A stretch of DNA of 32,000 bases from Candidatus Saccharimonadota bacterium (GCA_963718045.1 OY970350.1:60001-92000); one strand, 5' to 3'; positions 17,909 to 25,498 are shown, numbered from the stretch's first letter. Notes: generated by a model not told the origin, from the sequence alone. Made by a program: numbers and translations.

Positions 17909-20116
17909 ATGGCTAATAAAAGTAAAACAAAAAAAACTACTAGGTCAAAAGCTGAAGAAAATATCAGCCGGAACACCGCTGCCGTTGGCTACGCTGTTGG
18001 CGTTGGTCTGTTTTTAATAGCTTTATTTGTCCTTATTGGCGGCTTTGGCAGCGGCGGCAGTTTGCCGGTTGGTCTGTTCCACGGTGGCTACTGGACATTT
18101 GGCTGGGCGGCATACATCCTTCCTTTGGCCCTTATTTATGTTGGTGTATATAAGTTTGCGTCTGAGGAACATAAAATCCCAGTCGACCGACTAATAAGTG
18201 TGCTAATCGCTCTAGTTTTTAGCAGTTGTCTTTTCTATACGGTTTTCGCTACTAAAACAGCAGCCGGTGTATTAACTGGCGGTCATGGCGGTAACCTAGG
18301 CAAGCTAATTGGTGCTGCCATACTTAATATATTAGACAAGATTCCGGCTAGTATTTTGTTTGGCGTTATATCCCTAATGGCTATCTTTTACGCCTTAGGT
18401 ATATCGCCTAATTCTATAGCAGCTTTCTTTAAAAGACTTAGAGAGCCAGATGAGGAAAATAATGACCTGGCGGCTCTTAAGGCTAAAATGGATCCTAACT
18501 TTAAGTTAAACGAGGGTGTGCCGGTAGTTCATCATCATGAACAGACACCTGCGGGGATGTCTAGACTGGGCAGTTTTAAAAACAGTGCTCAAAGGCTAAC
18601 CATACCAGATGACCGTGAAGCTTTAATAACCACTTCTGATCCCGACTGGAAGTACCCAAGCATCGACCTTTTAAACCAGAAGCAAGATAAGGCTGATGCC
18701 GGTGACGTTAGCAGTAACGCCCACATTATTCATGATACCTTCTCTAATTTTAAGATTGAAGTTGAAATGGAAGGGGCCAATATTGGTCCCCGAGTTACCC
18801 AATATACCCTAAGACCGCCGGCTGACGTTAAGTTAACAAAACTAACTGCACTCGAAAATAACCTAGCACTGGATCTAGCCGCTCATTCAATTAGGATGGA
18901 AGCACCAATACCCGGTAAAAGGGCAGTTGGCATTGAAGTGCCGAATGTGAAGCCGGCAACGGTCAGAATAAGCAGTATTATGGCTTCTAACGAGTGGGCT
19001 GAGGCAAAAAGCCCGCTGGCATTCGCTATTGGTAAGGATATCGCCGGTAAGGCAATAGTGGCCGATCTTTCATATATGCCGCATCTTTTAATTGCCGGTC
19101 AAACAGGTGCCGGTAAATCCGTTATGATGAACACCATAATTACCAGCCTGCTATATAGAAACTCGCCGTCTGATCTAAAGCTAATTCTAGTTGATCCTAA
19201 ACATGTTGAAATGGGCCTGTATAACGATCTGCCCCATCTACTCGCACCAGTTATAAATGAGCCTGAAAAATGCATCTCTGCTCTTAAATGGGCAGTCGCT
19301 GAAATGGACCGCCGTCTAAAAAGTTTGGCAGCTGTCAATAAACGGAATATCGAAGATTATAACAACCAAAACGGTTCTGAAGGCATGCCATATATTGTGA
19401 TTGTTATTGACGAGTTAGCCGATCTTATGATGCTAGCTTCCCGCGATGTTGAAAGTTTAGTTGTTCGTTTGGCGCAGAAATCTAGGGCTGTCGGTATTCA
19501 CTTGGTTCTCGCTACCCAAAGACCTTCAGTTGACGTTATTACCGGCCTTATTAAAGCTAATATGCCAGCCCGTATTGCCTTTGCTGTCGCCTCACAAGTT
19601 GACTCCAGAACAATCATCGACCAGATAGGTGCCGAGAAACTGCTGGGCAGCGGAGACATGCTGCTGCTTACTGCAGATATGCCGAAACCTAAGCGTGTCC
19701 AGGCAGCATATATCGAACAGTCTGAGATTAATAAGGTTAATGACTTTATTAGGATGCAAAGACCGCCACAATATGATGATGAGGTGGTTTCCCAGCCGGT
19801 CCAGTTAGGCAGGGGCATGTCTATAGGGGATGGTTTTAATGAAGCAAACGATAACTTGTGGCGTGATGCTGTCAGCGTTGTTATTGAGAGCCATAAAGCT
19901 AGTACCAGCTTGCTTCAAAGAAGACTGAGAATTGGTTATGGCCGGGCTGCCAGACTTATTGAAACAATGGAAGAGCAGGGTATTATTGGCGCCGCCGACG
20001 GCTCCAGGCCAAGGGAAGTATTAGTCAGCTCACTCGACGAAGTATTTGGCTCTACAAGTTCCAATAGTGAAGAAGTTCCTGAAGATGAGAATGATGACAG
20101 CTACTCGGAACGTTAA
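17909..20116 (+). CDS. ftsK: DNA translocase FtsK
   Basis: It has N-terminal TM helices, a motor domain with Walker A GQTGAGKSV and Walker B VIVIDELADL, and the gamma winged-helix LLQRRLRIGYGRAARLIETMEEQGIIG. Confidence 0.95.
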   Translation: MANKSKTKKTTRSKAEENISRNTAAVGYAVGVGLFLIALFVLIGGFGSGGSLPVGLFHGGYWTFGWAAYILPLALIYVGVYKFASEEHKIPVDRLISVLIALVFSSCLFYTVFATKTAAGVLTGGHGGNLGKLIGAAILNILDKIPASILFGVISLMAIFYALGISPNSIAAFFKRLREPDEENNDLAALKAKMDPNFKLNEGVPVVHHHEQTPAGMSRLGSFKNSAQRLTIPDDREALITTSDPDWKYPSIDLLNQKQDKADAGDVSSNAHIIHDTFSNFKIEVEMEGANIGPRVTQYTLRPPADVKLTKLTALENNLALDLAAHSIRMEAPIPGKRAVGIEVPNVKPATVRISSIMASNEWAEAKSPLAFAIGKDIAGKAIVADLSYMPHLLIAGQTGAGKSVMMNTIITSLLYRNSPSDLKLILVDPKHVEMGLYNDLPHLLAPVINEPEKCISALKWAVAEMDRRLKSLAAVNKRNIEDYNNQNGSEGMPYIVIVIDELADLMMLASRDVESLVVRLAQKSRAVGIHLVLATQRPSVDVITGLIKANMPARIAFAVASQVDSRTIIDQIGAEKLLGSGDMLLLTADMPKPKRVQAAYIEQSEINKVNDFIRMQRPPQYDDEVVSQPVQLGRGMSIGDGFNEANDNLWRDAVSVVIESHKASTSLLQRRLRIGYGRAARLIETMEEQGIIGAADGSRPREVLVSSLDEVFGSTSSNSEEVPEDENDDSYSER

Positions 20117-20145
20117 TTGACTAAATTTAACAGATACGTTATACT
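20117..20145 (+). promoter_or_regulatory. Near-consensus sigma70 promoter TTGACT-17 nt-TATACT for rpsF-ssb-rpsR
   Basis: The -35 TTGACT is at 20117-20122, starting directly after the ftsK stop. A 17-nt spacer precedes the -10 TATACT at 20140-20145. Confidence 0.65.
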
Positions 20146-20214
20146 TTAAACATTAAATAACTTTAGGCTATGACCCCTAGTGTGCGTAGTCAATTGATCC
20201 AAGGAGAGAATATT

Positions 20215-20610
20215 TTGAATAAATACGAAGTAGCAGTACTCTATGACCCCGATTTGGAGGTCGATTTAACCAAGGCAGAAGACAGGGTTAAAAAGATCTT
20301 TACAGATAATGGTGGTGAAGTTAAGTCAATCGATAACTGGGGCAAACGCAAATTAGCTTACAAAATTAAAGGTAATGAGCATGCCATCTATGTCTTTTAC
20401 ACTATTCTGTTACCGCCAGCTGCGGTCAGTAAAGTTGATGCCACATTAAATATTACTGATGAAGTTATCCGCTTTTTAGTAACTAAACCAGACCTTAAAG
20501 CCATTGCTAAAGCCGAAGCTGAAAAAGCCAGAAAAGCTGAACAGGCTTCGAAAAGGGGAGAGCAATCAGATAGTGAACCTGAGGAAAAGGAAGAAGAAAG
20601 CGAAGAGTAA
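20215..20610 (+). CDS. rpsF: 30S ribosomal protein S6
   Basis: The start is re-called to TTG 20215 (AAGGAGAG 20201-20208, 6-nt spacer), giving the N-terminus (M)NKYEVAVLYDP typical of S6. The C-terminal tail is acidic. The track ATG 20170 adds 15 non-conserved residues. Confidence 0.9.
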   Translation: MNKYEVAVLYDPDLEVDLTKAEDRVKKIFTDNGGEVKSIDNWGKRKLAYKIKGNEHAIYVFYTILLPPAAVSKVDATLNITDEVIRFLVTKPDLKAIAKAEAEKARKAEQASKRGEQSDSEPEEKEEESEE

Positions 20611-20708
20611 TTATTAAATGCTGAAGTACTTTAATTTGACTTTAATATCATCTAAAGGATACGTTATAGATATATAAGAAGGGGTAACCTCTTAAGGAGA
20701 CGAAAGAA

Positions 20709-21191
20709 ATGGCAAGAAGTTTAAACCAAGTAACACTGATGGGCAATTTAACTAGGGATCCTGAGCTCAGGACGACACCTAGCGGTCAGAACGTAGTTAG
20801 CTTTAGTCTGGCCTTAAATAGAAGCTATAGAGATTCTAGCGGTGAATGGCAGGAGGCTACCGATTATGTCGATATTGTTGCCTGGGGACCATTAGCCGAA
20901 CGGGTAGCCCAATATATGACAAAAGGACGCCGATGTCTCGTCCAGGGCCGTCTGCAAAGCCGCAGCTGGGAGCAGGAAGGTCAAAAGAGATCTAAAGTTG
21001 AGGTACTAGCTAACGATGTTACATTCTTAGATGGCCGCGGATCAGCTGACAGTGAAGTCGAGAATGTTCCCAGAGAACCAGAGGCCGAAGGTGAATCCAA
21101 GAAACCAAAAGCCAAAAAAGCTGCCAAGAAAGACGTCGTTATTGAAGATATCGGCGATGAACCTATTAATTTAGACGAGATACCATTTTAG
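20709..21191 (+). CDS. ssb: Single-stranded DNA-binding protein
   Basis: OB-fold N-terminus LNQVTLMGNLTRDPELRTTPSGQNVVSFSLA, a disordered linker, and the acidic C-terminal tip DEPINLDEIPF. A strong SD AAGGAG is at 20694-20699. Confidence 0.95.
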   Translation: MARSLNQVTLMGNLTRDPELRTTPSGQNVVSFSLALNRSYRDSSGEWQEATDYVDIVAWGPLAERVAQYMTKGRRCLVQGRLQSRSWEQEGQKRSKVEVLANDVTFLDGRGSADSEVENVPREPEAEGESKKPKAKKAAKKDVVIEDIGDEPINLDEIPF

Positions 21192-21199
21192 GAGAACGT

Positions 21200-21403
21200 A
21201 TGGCAAAAATATTCAAACACCGAAGTGAAGTAGCTTATTTTGACTACAAAGACTTTAAGACACTGCAGCGCTACGTTAATGTTTATGGTCAGATTGAGCC
21301 CAGGAAGAAGACTGGTCTTAGTGAAAGTCAGCAGCGGCACTTAAGCGTTGCTATAAAAAGAGCAAGACACATTGCGCTACTACCATTCATAGCATCTAAC
21401 TAA
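21200..21403 (+). CDS. rpsR: 30S ribosomal protein S18
   Basis: 67 aa. YFDYKDFKTLQRYVNVYGQIEPRKKTGLSESQQRHLSVAIKRARHIALLP is the canonical S18 sequence, and rpsF-ssb-rpsR synteny is conserved. Confidence 0.9.
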   Translation: MAKIFKHRSEVAYFDYKDFKTLQRYVNVYGQIEPRKKTGLSESQQRHLSVAIKRARHIALLPFIASN

Positions 21404-21404
21404 C

Positions 21405-21971
21405 ATGGTCTTGTCAATAACCGGTCTTAAAAAGGGTGCGATCTTTGAGTTCGAAGGCGAACCATATAAGGTAGTTAACTACGCCCAAAAAGTAATGGGC
21501 CGGGGCGGGTCTATCGTCAATGTTCGGATTAAAAGTCTGATTGACGGCAAGGTACTGGAGCAGACTTTCAAGGGCAATGAACAATTTAGCAGTGCTGATG
21601 TAAGCCAGCAAAAAGTCCAGTATTTATATAAGGATGACAGCAACTTTTATTTCATGAACGGCGGCACTTTTGAGCAGTTCTCTGTGCCAACTGATGTTAT
21701 TGAAGGCAGCGGCCAGTACATTAAAGAAGGCGACCTGGTTGACCTTCAGTTTTTCAGTGAACGGCCAATTGGCATTTTGCTGCCCAAAAATGTTCCGCTG
21801 AAGGTCAGCTACACAGAAAATGCTATAAAAGGTGATACTTCGTCGTCAATAACTAAGGAAGCGACGCTTGAAACGGGTATAGTCATTAAGGTCCCAGCCT
21901 TTATAAAGCAAGGCGATATTGTCTCTGTCGATACGACAAGCGGTGACTACAGGGAAAGAATTAAAACCTGA
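21405..21971 (+). CDS. efp: Elongation factor P
   Basis: 188 aa that aligns along its whole length with EF-P (FEGEPYKVVNY..., FMNGGTFEQF, KGDTSSSITKEATLETGIVIKVPAFI, GDYRERI). The loop tip reads KVMGRGG, with Arg33 where E. coli has Lys34. Confidence 0.95.
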   Translation: MVLSITGLKKGAIFEFEGEPYKVVNYAQKVMGRGGSIVNVRIKSLIDGKVLEQTFKGNEQFSSADVSQQKVQYLYKDDSNFYFMNGGTFEQFSVPTDVIEGSGQYIKEGDLVDLQFFSERPIGILLPKNVPLKVSYTENAIKGDTSSSITKEATLETGIVIKVPAFIKQGDIVSVDTTSGDYRERIKT

Positions 21972-22013
21972 GCAATCTAAAAACATAGGCTCGTAAACAA
22001 CTTCCGGTTAGTC

Positions 22014-22019
22014 TAATAT
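22014..22019 (+). promoter_or_regulatory. -10 box TAATAT 7 nt upstream of the PRTase-like gene ATG
   Basis: TAATAT at 22014-22019 is followed by ttaagta (7 nt, no SD) and then ATG 22027. The -35 is poor. Confidence 0.4.
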
Positions 22020-22026
22020 TTAAGTA

Positions 22027-22683
22027 ATGTATTTCCATAGTCGTCATCAAGTCGGCAGGATGCTAGCTAGTAGATTAGCTGATAAATATAGGTATGAAAA
22101 CTGTGCCGTCGTGGCTCTAGATGATGGCGGTGCAATTATCGGGGCTGAAATTGCCGGCCGGCTGCACTGCGCTCTAAGTATAACTATTAGCCAGGAAATA
22201 GACCTGCCCCGCGAGCCATGGGCAGTGGGCGGTATAGCGCCTGACGGTCAGTTTGTCTATAACCCCCAGTACTCCAAAGCAGATCTAGATGAAATGGCTG
22301 ATGAAAACAGGGTATTTATTGAAGCGCAAAAGATCAATAAATTTCACGATATTAATGACGTAGTTGGTGAAGCCGGTATCGTTGACCGGGATGCTCTTGA
22401 TGGTCAGAATATTATCTTAACTTCTGAAGGCTTGACTAACAGTTTCAAGCTCGATTTAATTATGACTTTTTTAAAAACTGTTAAATATGAAAAGATCATA
22501 GTGGCTACACCGATAGCTAGCGTTAAAGTAGTTGACTGGATGCATATTCATGCCGATGACATATATTGCCTAAGCGTCGTTGAGGAATTTACCGACACTA
22601 ATCATTACTACGACCTGCAAGATGTGCCCGACCATGAAACAATACTCAAGATTGTTAATCAAAATATCCTGAACTGGCAGTAG
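22027..22683 (+). CDS. COG1926-type predicted phosphoribosyltransferase-like protein, PRPP loop degenerate
   Basis: The N-terminus MYFHSRHQVGRMLASRLADKYRYENCAVVALDDGGAIIGAEIA matches the family pattern (F-x-dR-x-x-aG-x-x-LA...vlalprGGvpva). The C-terminal half (IIVATPIASVKVVDWM...DIYCL) also matches. The expected V-D-D-G-x-A-T-G loop reads NIILTSEGLTNS (22408-22443). Confidence 0.65.
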   Translation: MYFHSRHQVGRMLASRLADKYRYENCAVVALDDGGAIIGAEIAGRLHCALSITISQEIDLPREPWAVGGIAPDGQFVYNPQYSKADLDEMADENRVFIEAQKINKFHDINDVVGEAGIVDRDALDGQNIILTSEGLTNSFKLDLIMTFLKTVKYEKIIVATPIASVKVVDWMHIHADDIYCLSVVEEFTDTNHYYDLQDVPDHETILKIVNQNILNWQ

Positions 22684-23340
22684 TTAGTTAATGTAACTTT
22701 TAAGTGTGCCGACGTCTTTTAAATATATATATGATTGTTTAGACTCTATAAGACCTTTTCGTTCGAGCAAAGAAAGCTCGCGGGATGTAGTTTCTCTTGA
22801 TGCATTAATAGAGCTGGCAATATCCTGATGACGCAGAGGCACGTTTATCATCAGACCGTCACTTGTCTGCTGGACAGAAAATCGCTGAGACATAGTAAAT
22901 AGGAAAGAAACAATTCGTTCTCGTACTGTGCGGTATTCAAGGTTTAATATTCTTTCGCTATGAAGACGGTACATTTCAACCGTCATGTCAAGAAGGGGGG
23001 CCATTATCTCTGGTTCTTTGTTAATAAACTCCAGTAACTGGTTGCGGCTAATTCGCCAAGTAGTAGTTTGCGCCAGTGTGCGGTAAATAACTTGTCTTTC
23101 CCGTCCGGTAATTGCCCAGATAAGAGGAAAGATTTCACCTTCTTTACGAATAATAAGCAGATTTTCTTCGTTATATTTGGTTATATCGTAAGCCTTCACC
23201 AGACCTTGCTCGATATAGTAAACAGCCGAAAGAACTTCACCGGGGTGAATGATATAGTCACCCTTTTTGAATGTTTGCTTAATTCCAGAAACTTTGAAGA
23301 AGTCCACCAATTTGGCTGATTGTGAGGGTTTAGCCAACAT
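22684..23340 (-). CDS. Crp/Fnr-family transcriptional regulator
   Basis: It has an N-terminal cNMP-binding-type beta-barrel (FKKGDYIIHPGEVLSAVYYIEQGLVKAY...RKEGEIFPL) and a C-terminal HTH RHQDIASSINASRETTSRELSLLERKGLI. Confidence 0.85.
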   Translation of the reverse strand: MLAKPSQSAKLVDFFKVSGIKQTFKKGDYIIHPGEVLSAVYYIEQGLVKAYDITKYNEENLLIIRKEGEIFPLIWAITGRERQVIYRTLAQTTTWRISRNQLLEFINKEPEIMAPLLDMTVEMYRLHSERILNLEYRTVRERIVSFLFTMSQRFSVQQTSDGLMINVPLRHQDIASSINASRETTSRELSLLERKGLIESKQSYIYLKDVGTLKSYIN

Positions 23341-23346
23341 ACGTTA

Positions 23347-23375
23347 ATTATGGATTAGGATTAAATCATTGTCCA
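23347..23375 (-). promoter_or_regulatory. Promoter of the crp-like gene: TGGACA-17 nt-CATAAT, 6 nt before ATG
   Basis: Read on the minus strand: -35 TGGACA (23375-23370), a 17-nt spacer, -10 CATAAT (23352-23347), then taacgt (6 nt, no SD), then ATG at 23340. Confidence 0.5.
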
Positions 23376-23446
23376 GTTTACGGGCATCTTTACTTAAGAA
23401 ATTCGAACTGATAGAAAGGGAGTGTGATAAATGTACCGATATATGA

Positions 23447-23460
23447 GTAATGTACATTAC
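23447..23460. promoter_or_regulatory. Perfect 14-bp palindrome GTAAT-GTAC-ATTAC, candidate Crp/Fnr-type operator
   Basis: GTAATGTACATTAC is its own reverse complement. Its 5-N4-5 layout matches FNR-type sites (TTGAT-N4-ATCAA). It lies in the 169-bp divergent region between the crp-like gene and the PH-domain gene. A partial copy AATGTAC is at 23430-23436. Confidence 0.45.
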
Positions 23461-23482
23461 GGCATCAAACGGTAGATAAGAA

Positions 23483-23488
23483 TAATAT
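23483..23488 (+). promoter_or_regulatory. Candidate -10 TAATAT for the PH-domain gene
   Basis: TAATAT sits 9 nt upstream of the SD GAGGAGG (23498-23504). No recognisable -35 hexamer is present; the palindrome occupies the -35 region instead. Confidence 0.3.
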
Positions 23489-23509
23489 TGTAACTACGAG
23501 GAGGCAATT

Positions 23510-24316
23510 ATGGTAAGTGCCAAATCTGTTGATGACCAGTTAAACAGGATTCATTACCAAAAAGGGTGGAATACGGCAGAGACTTATGAACTTGCTGAAA
23601 TACTATTGCCTGATGAGGAGATATTCGAATGTGTAAATGGCTGGTATGAAAACGGTATAGCGCTTCTATGTGCTACCAACATCAGGGTGCTGCTTATAGA
23701 TAAGAAACCGTTTAAATTCTTAACAGTTGAGGATCTTAGGTTCGAGACCATAAATCAGATAGACTATTCTCACCGTATGATGAATGCCAGCATCTGTATC
23801 ACGGCTGGTTTAAAGAACCTTGCGTTCAAAAGCGTTAGCCAACAAAGGCTTCGGAAATTAATCGCTCATGTTCAAAGGCGAATGGCTGAAATCCAGAAAG
23901 TTGAGGAAAGCTTAAGAGCACGTGCGTCAGAAGAATATTTGCCCAAGGCGGTAAAAGAAAATTACTCATTAAAGCCTATTGAACCAGCTATAAGCCTAAA
24001 TCCCGATGAGAACCTGAAAACGGCTGCTGTTAAGACAGTGCCGCTAGAGGATAGTTTAATTAATGAACCCTCGTTCGCCGAACAAAACGTATCCACTTCA
24101 GATTTATATGAAGACGGTGTAAGCGAGATTTTTGGCAAATACAGAAATGCTGCAAAAAACACTTTATCCAATATGGATTTACGTCATAAATCTGATACTG
24201 CGGTCTCCACAGTTACTAGGTCAGAAGGTGGACTAGATCCTTTAAGGATTGCCTGTTCAAAATTTCCCCTTATATACATCAGGAAAAAGGTAAGTTCTTT
24301 AACATCGTCAGTTTAG
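23510..24316 (+). CDS. Bacterial PH-domain (YokE-like/bPH) protein with disordered C-terminal half
   Basis: The N-terminal 120 aa (LLPDEEIFECVNGWYENGIALLCATNIRVLLIDKKPFKFLTVEDLRFETINQIDYS...ICITAG) fit the bacterial PH-like pattern of hydrophobic beta strands followed by a C-terminal helix (QQRLRKLIAHVQRRMAEIQK). It has a strong SD. The family assignment was made by eye. Confidence 0.55.
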   Translation: MVSAKSVDDQLNRIHYQKGWNTAETYELAEILLPDEEIFECVNGWYENGIALLCATNIRVLLIDKKPFKFLTVEDLRFETINQIDYSHRMMNASICITAGLKNLAFKSVSQQRLRKLIAHVQRRMAEIQKVEESLRARASEEYLPKAVKENYSLKPIEPAISLNPDENLKTAAVKTVPLEDSLINEPSFAEQNVSTSDLYEDGVSEIFGKYRNAAKNTLSNMDLRHKSDTAVSTVTRSEGGLDPLRIACSKFPLIYIRKKVSSLTSSV

Positions 24317-24317
24317 G

Positions 24318-25409
24318 CTACTTGGTTACGTTAAATTTAAAATCAATAATGTCATCGTCTTTAACAACGTATGTTTTGCCTTCGGTCCTAACTTTGCCAG
24401 CCGCTCTTGCAGCCGCCATTGAACCTCTGTCAACCAGGTCTTTATAGCTCACAATCTCAGCAGCGATGAAGCCTTTTTCAAAATCGGTGTGGATTACTCC
24501 AGCAGCCTGGGGGGCCGTCGACCCTTTCTTTACGGTCCAGGCTCTGACTTCTTTTTTACCGGCTGTTAAAAAGCTCTGTAAGCCAAGCAGTGAATAAAGG
24601 GCTTTTGTTAACTGTTCCAGGCCTGACTTTTCCTGACCGTAACTGCTGAGCAATTCTTTCCTGTCTGACTCGTCAAGGCCGCTTAACTCTGCTTCTAATT
24701 TAGCGCAGACAAACAGGGAGGGGGTCGGAGTAGCCAGGTCTGCCAGTTTTTTCCTTACCTCTTCATTATTTAGATTGTCTTCATCCATATTGAATAGATA
24801 GATAACGGACTTTAATGTCAGAAGCTGAAGTTCTCTTAAATGATCAAATTCTTCAGCTGCTGACCAGAGTGGCTGGCCCGAATTTAGAATTTCATAAGCA
24901 CGCTTATACTGATTGAGTACAATATTTAACTTTGGATTAGCCTTAGCTTCCTTCTCGACAGTCTTTATCCTTTTTTCGACTGTGGCTAGATCAGCTAGGA
25001 CCAGCTCAGTGTTAACCGTATCAATATCTTTTTTTGGATTATGCTCGTTATCTACGTGATTGACAGTCGGATCTTCAAAAGCTCTGACTACTTCTATGAT
25101 TGCTTGGCAAGATCTGATATGGCTTAAAAACTGATTACCTAATCCTTCACCTTGGCTGGCGCCTGCTACCAAGCCGGCAATGTCGGTGATATTTAAAGTT
25201 GCCGGCACAATCTTGTCTGGATCATACATCTTAGCTAAGACGTCAAGTTTTTCATCTTTAACTTCGATAATACCAATGTTGGGATCAATTGTTGCAAAAG
25301 GATAGTTAGCCACCAATGCCCCGGCATTAGTTAAACTATTAAATAGAGTGGATTTACCGACGTTGGGTAAGCCAACGATACCGCAGGAGACAGATGAAGA
25401 CATAGCCAT
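24318..25409 (-). CDS. ychF: Ribosome-binding ATPase YchF
   Basis: G1 is GIVGLPNVGKSTLFN and G3 is DIAGLV. The C-terminal TGS-like region contains AAGVIHTDFEKGFIAAEIV. The start could be M1 (25409) or M3 (25403). Confidence 0.95.
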   Translation of the reverse strand: MAMSSSVSCGIVGLPNVGKSTLFNSLTNAGALVANYPFATIDPNIGIIEVKDEKLDVLAKMYDPDKIVPATLNITDIAGLVAGASQGEGLGNQFLSHIRSCQAIIEVVRAFEDPTVNHVDNEHNPKKDIDTVNTELVLADLATVEKRIKTVEKEAKANPKLNIVLNQYKRAYEILNSGQPLWSAAEEFDHLRELQLLTLKSVIYLFNMDEDNLNNEEVRKKLADLATPTPSLFVCAKLEAELSGLDESDRKELLSSYGQEKSGLEQLTKALYSLLGLQSFLTAGKKEVRAWTVKKGSTAPQAAGVIHTDFEKGFIAAEIVSYKDLVDRGSMAAARAAGKVRTEGKTYVVKDDDIIDFKFNVTK

Positions 25410-25439
25410 AATTTTAGCAGATTATCACCCAAGTTATAA

Positions 25440-25468
25440 TTGACTTATTATCAAGTTTATGCTAATAA
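25440..25468 (+). promoter_or_regulatory. Candidate promoter TTGACT-17 nt-TAATAA for the protease gene
   Basis: The -35 TTGACT is at 25440-25445 and the -10 TAATAA at 25463-25468. The A/T-only leader of about 25 nt to ATG 25499 has no SD. Confidence 0.4.
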
Positions 25469-25498
25469 TATATTTATAACTTTATTTAAATAAAAATT

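Noticed and set aside
20146-20214. A small bulged hairpin in the rpsF leader (GA-ccc-CTA ... TAG-TC), considered as an S6:S18 autoregulatory mimic.
   Set aside because: The stem is only 5 bp and AT-rich. I cannot verify from memory that it matches the published motif. It would need a covariance-model search before being claimed.
23422-23437. A CRP-like half site, TGTGA (23423-23427), in the crp/PH-domain spacer.
   Set aside because: The partner half site six bases away reads TACCG rather than TCACA (2 of 5 matches). It is therefore not a credible CRP box, and the perfect palindrome 20 bp downstream is the better candidate.
25410-25498. The ychF promoter and start assignment. One reading is TGaTAATCT, 9 nt, then the first ATG. 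The other is TTATAA-17-TAAAAT, 7 nt, then the second ATG (leaderless from M3).
   Set aside because: Both readings are possible in this AT-rich spacer and I cannot choose between them. I therefore did not list it as a feature or count it among the leaderless cases.
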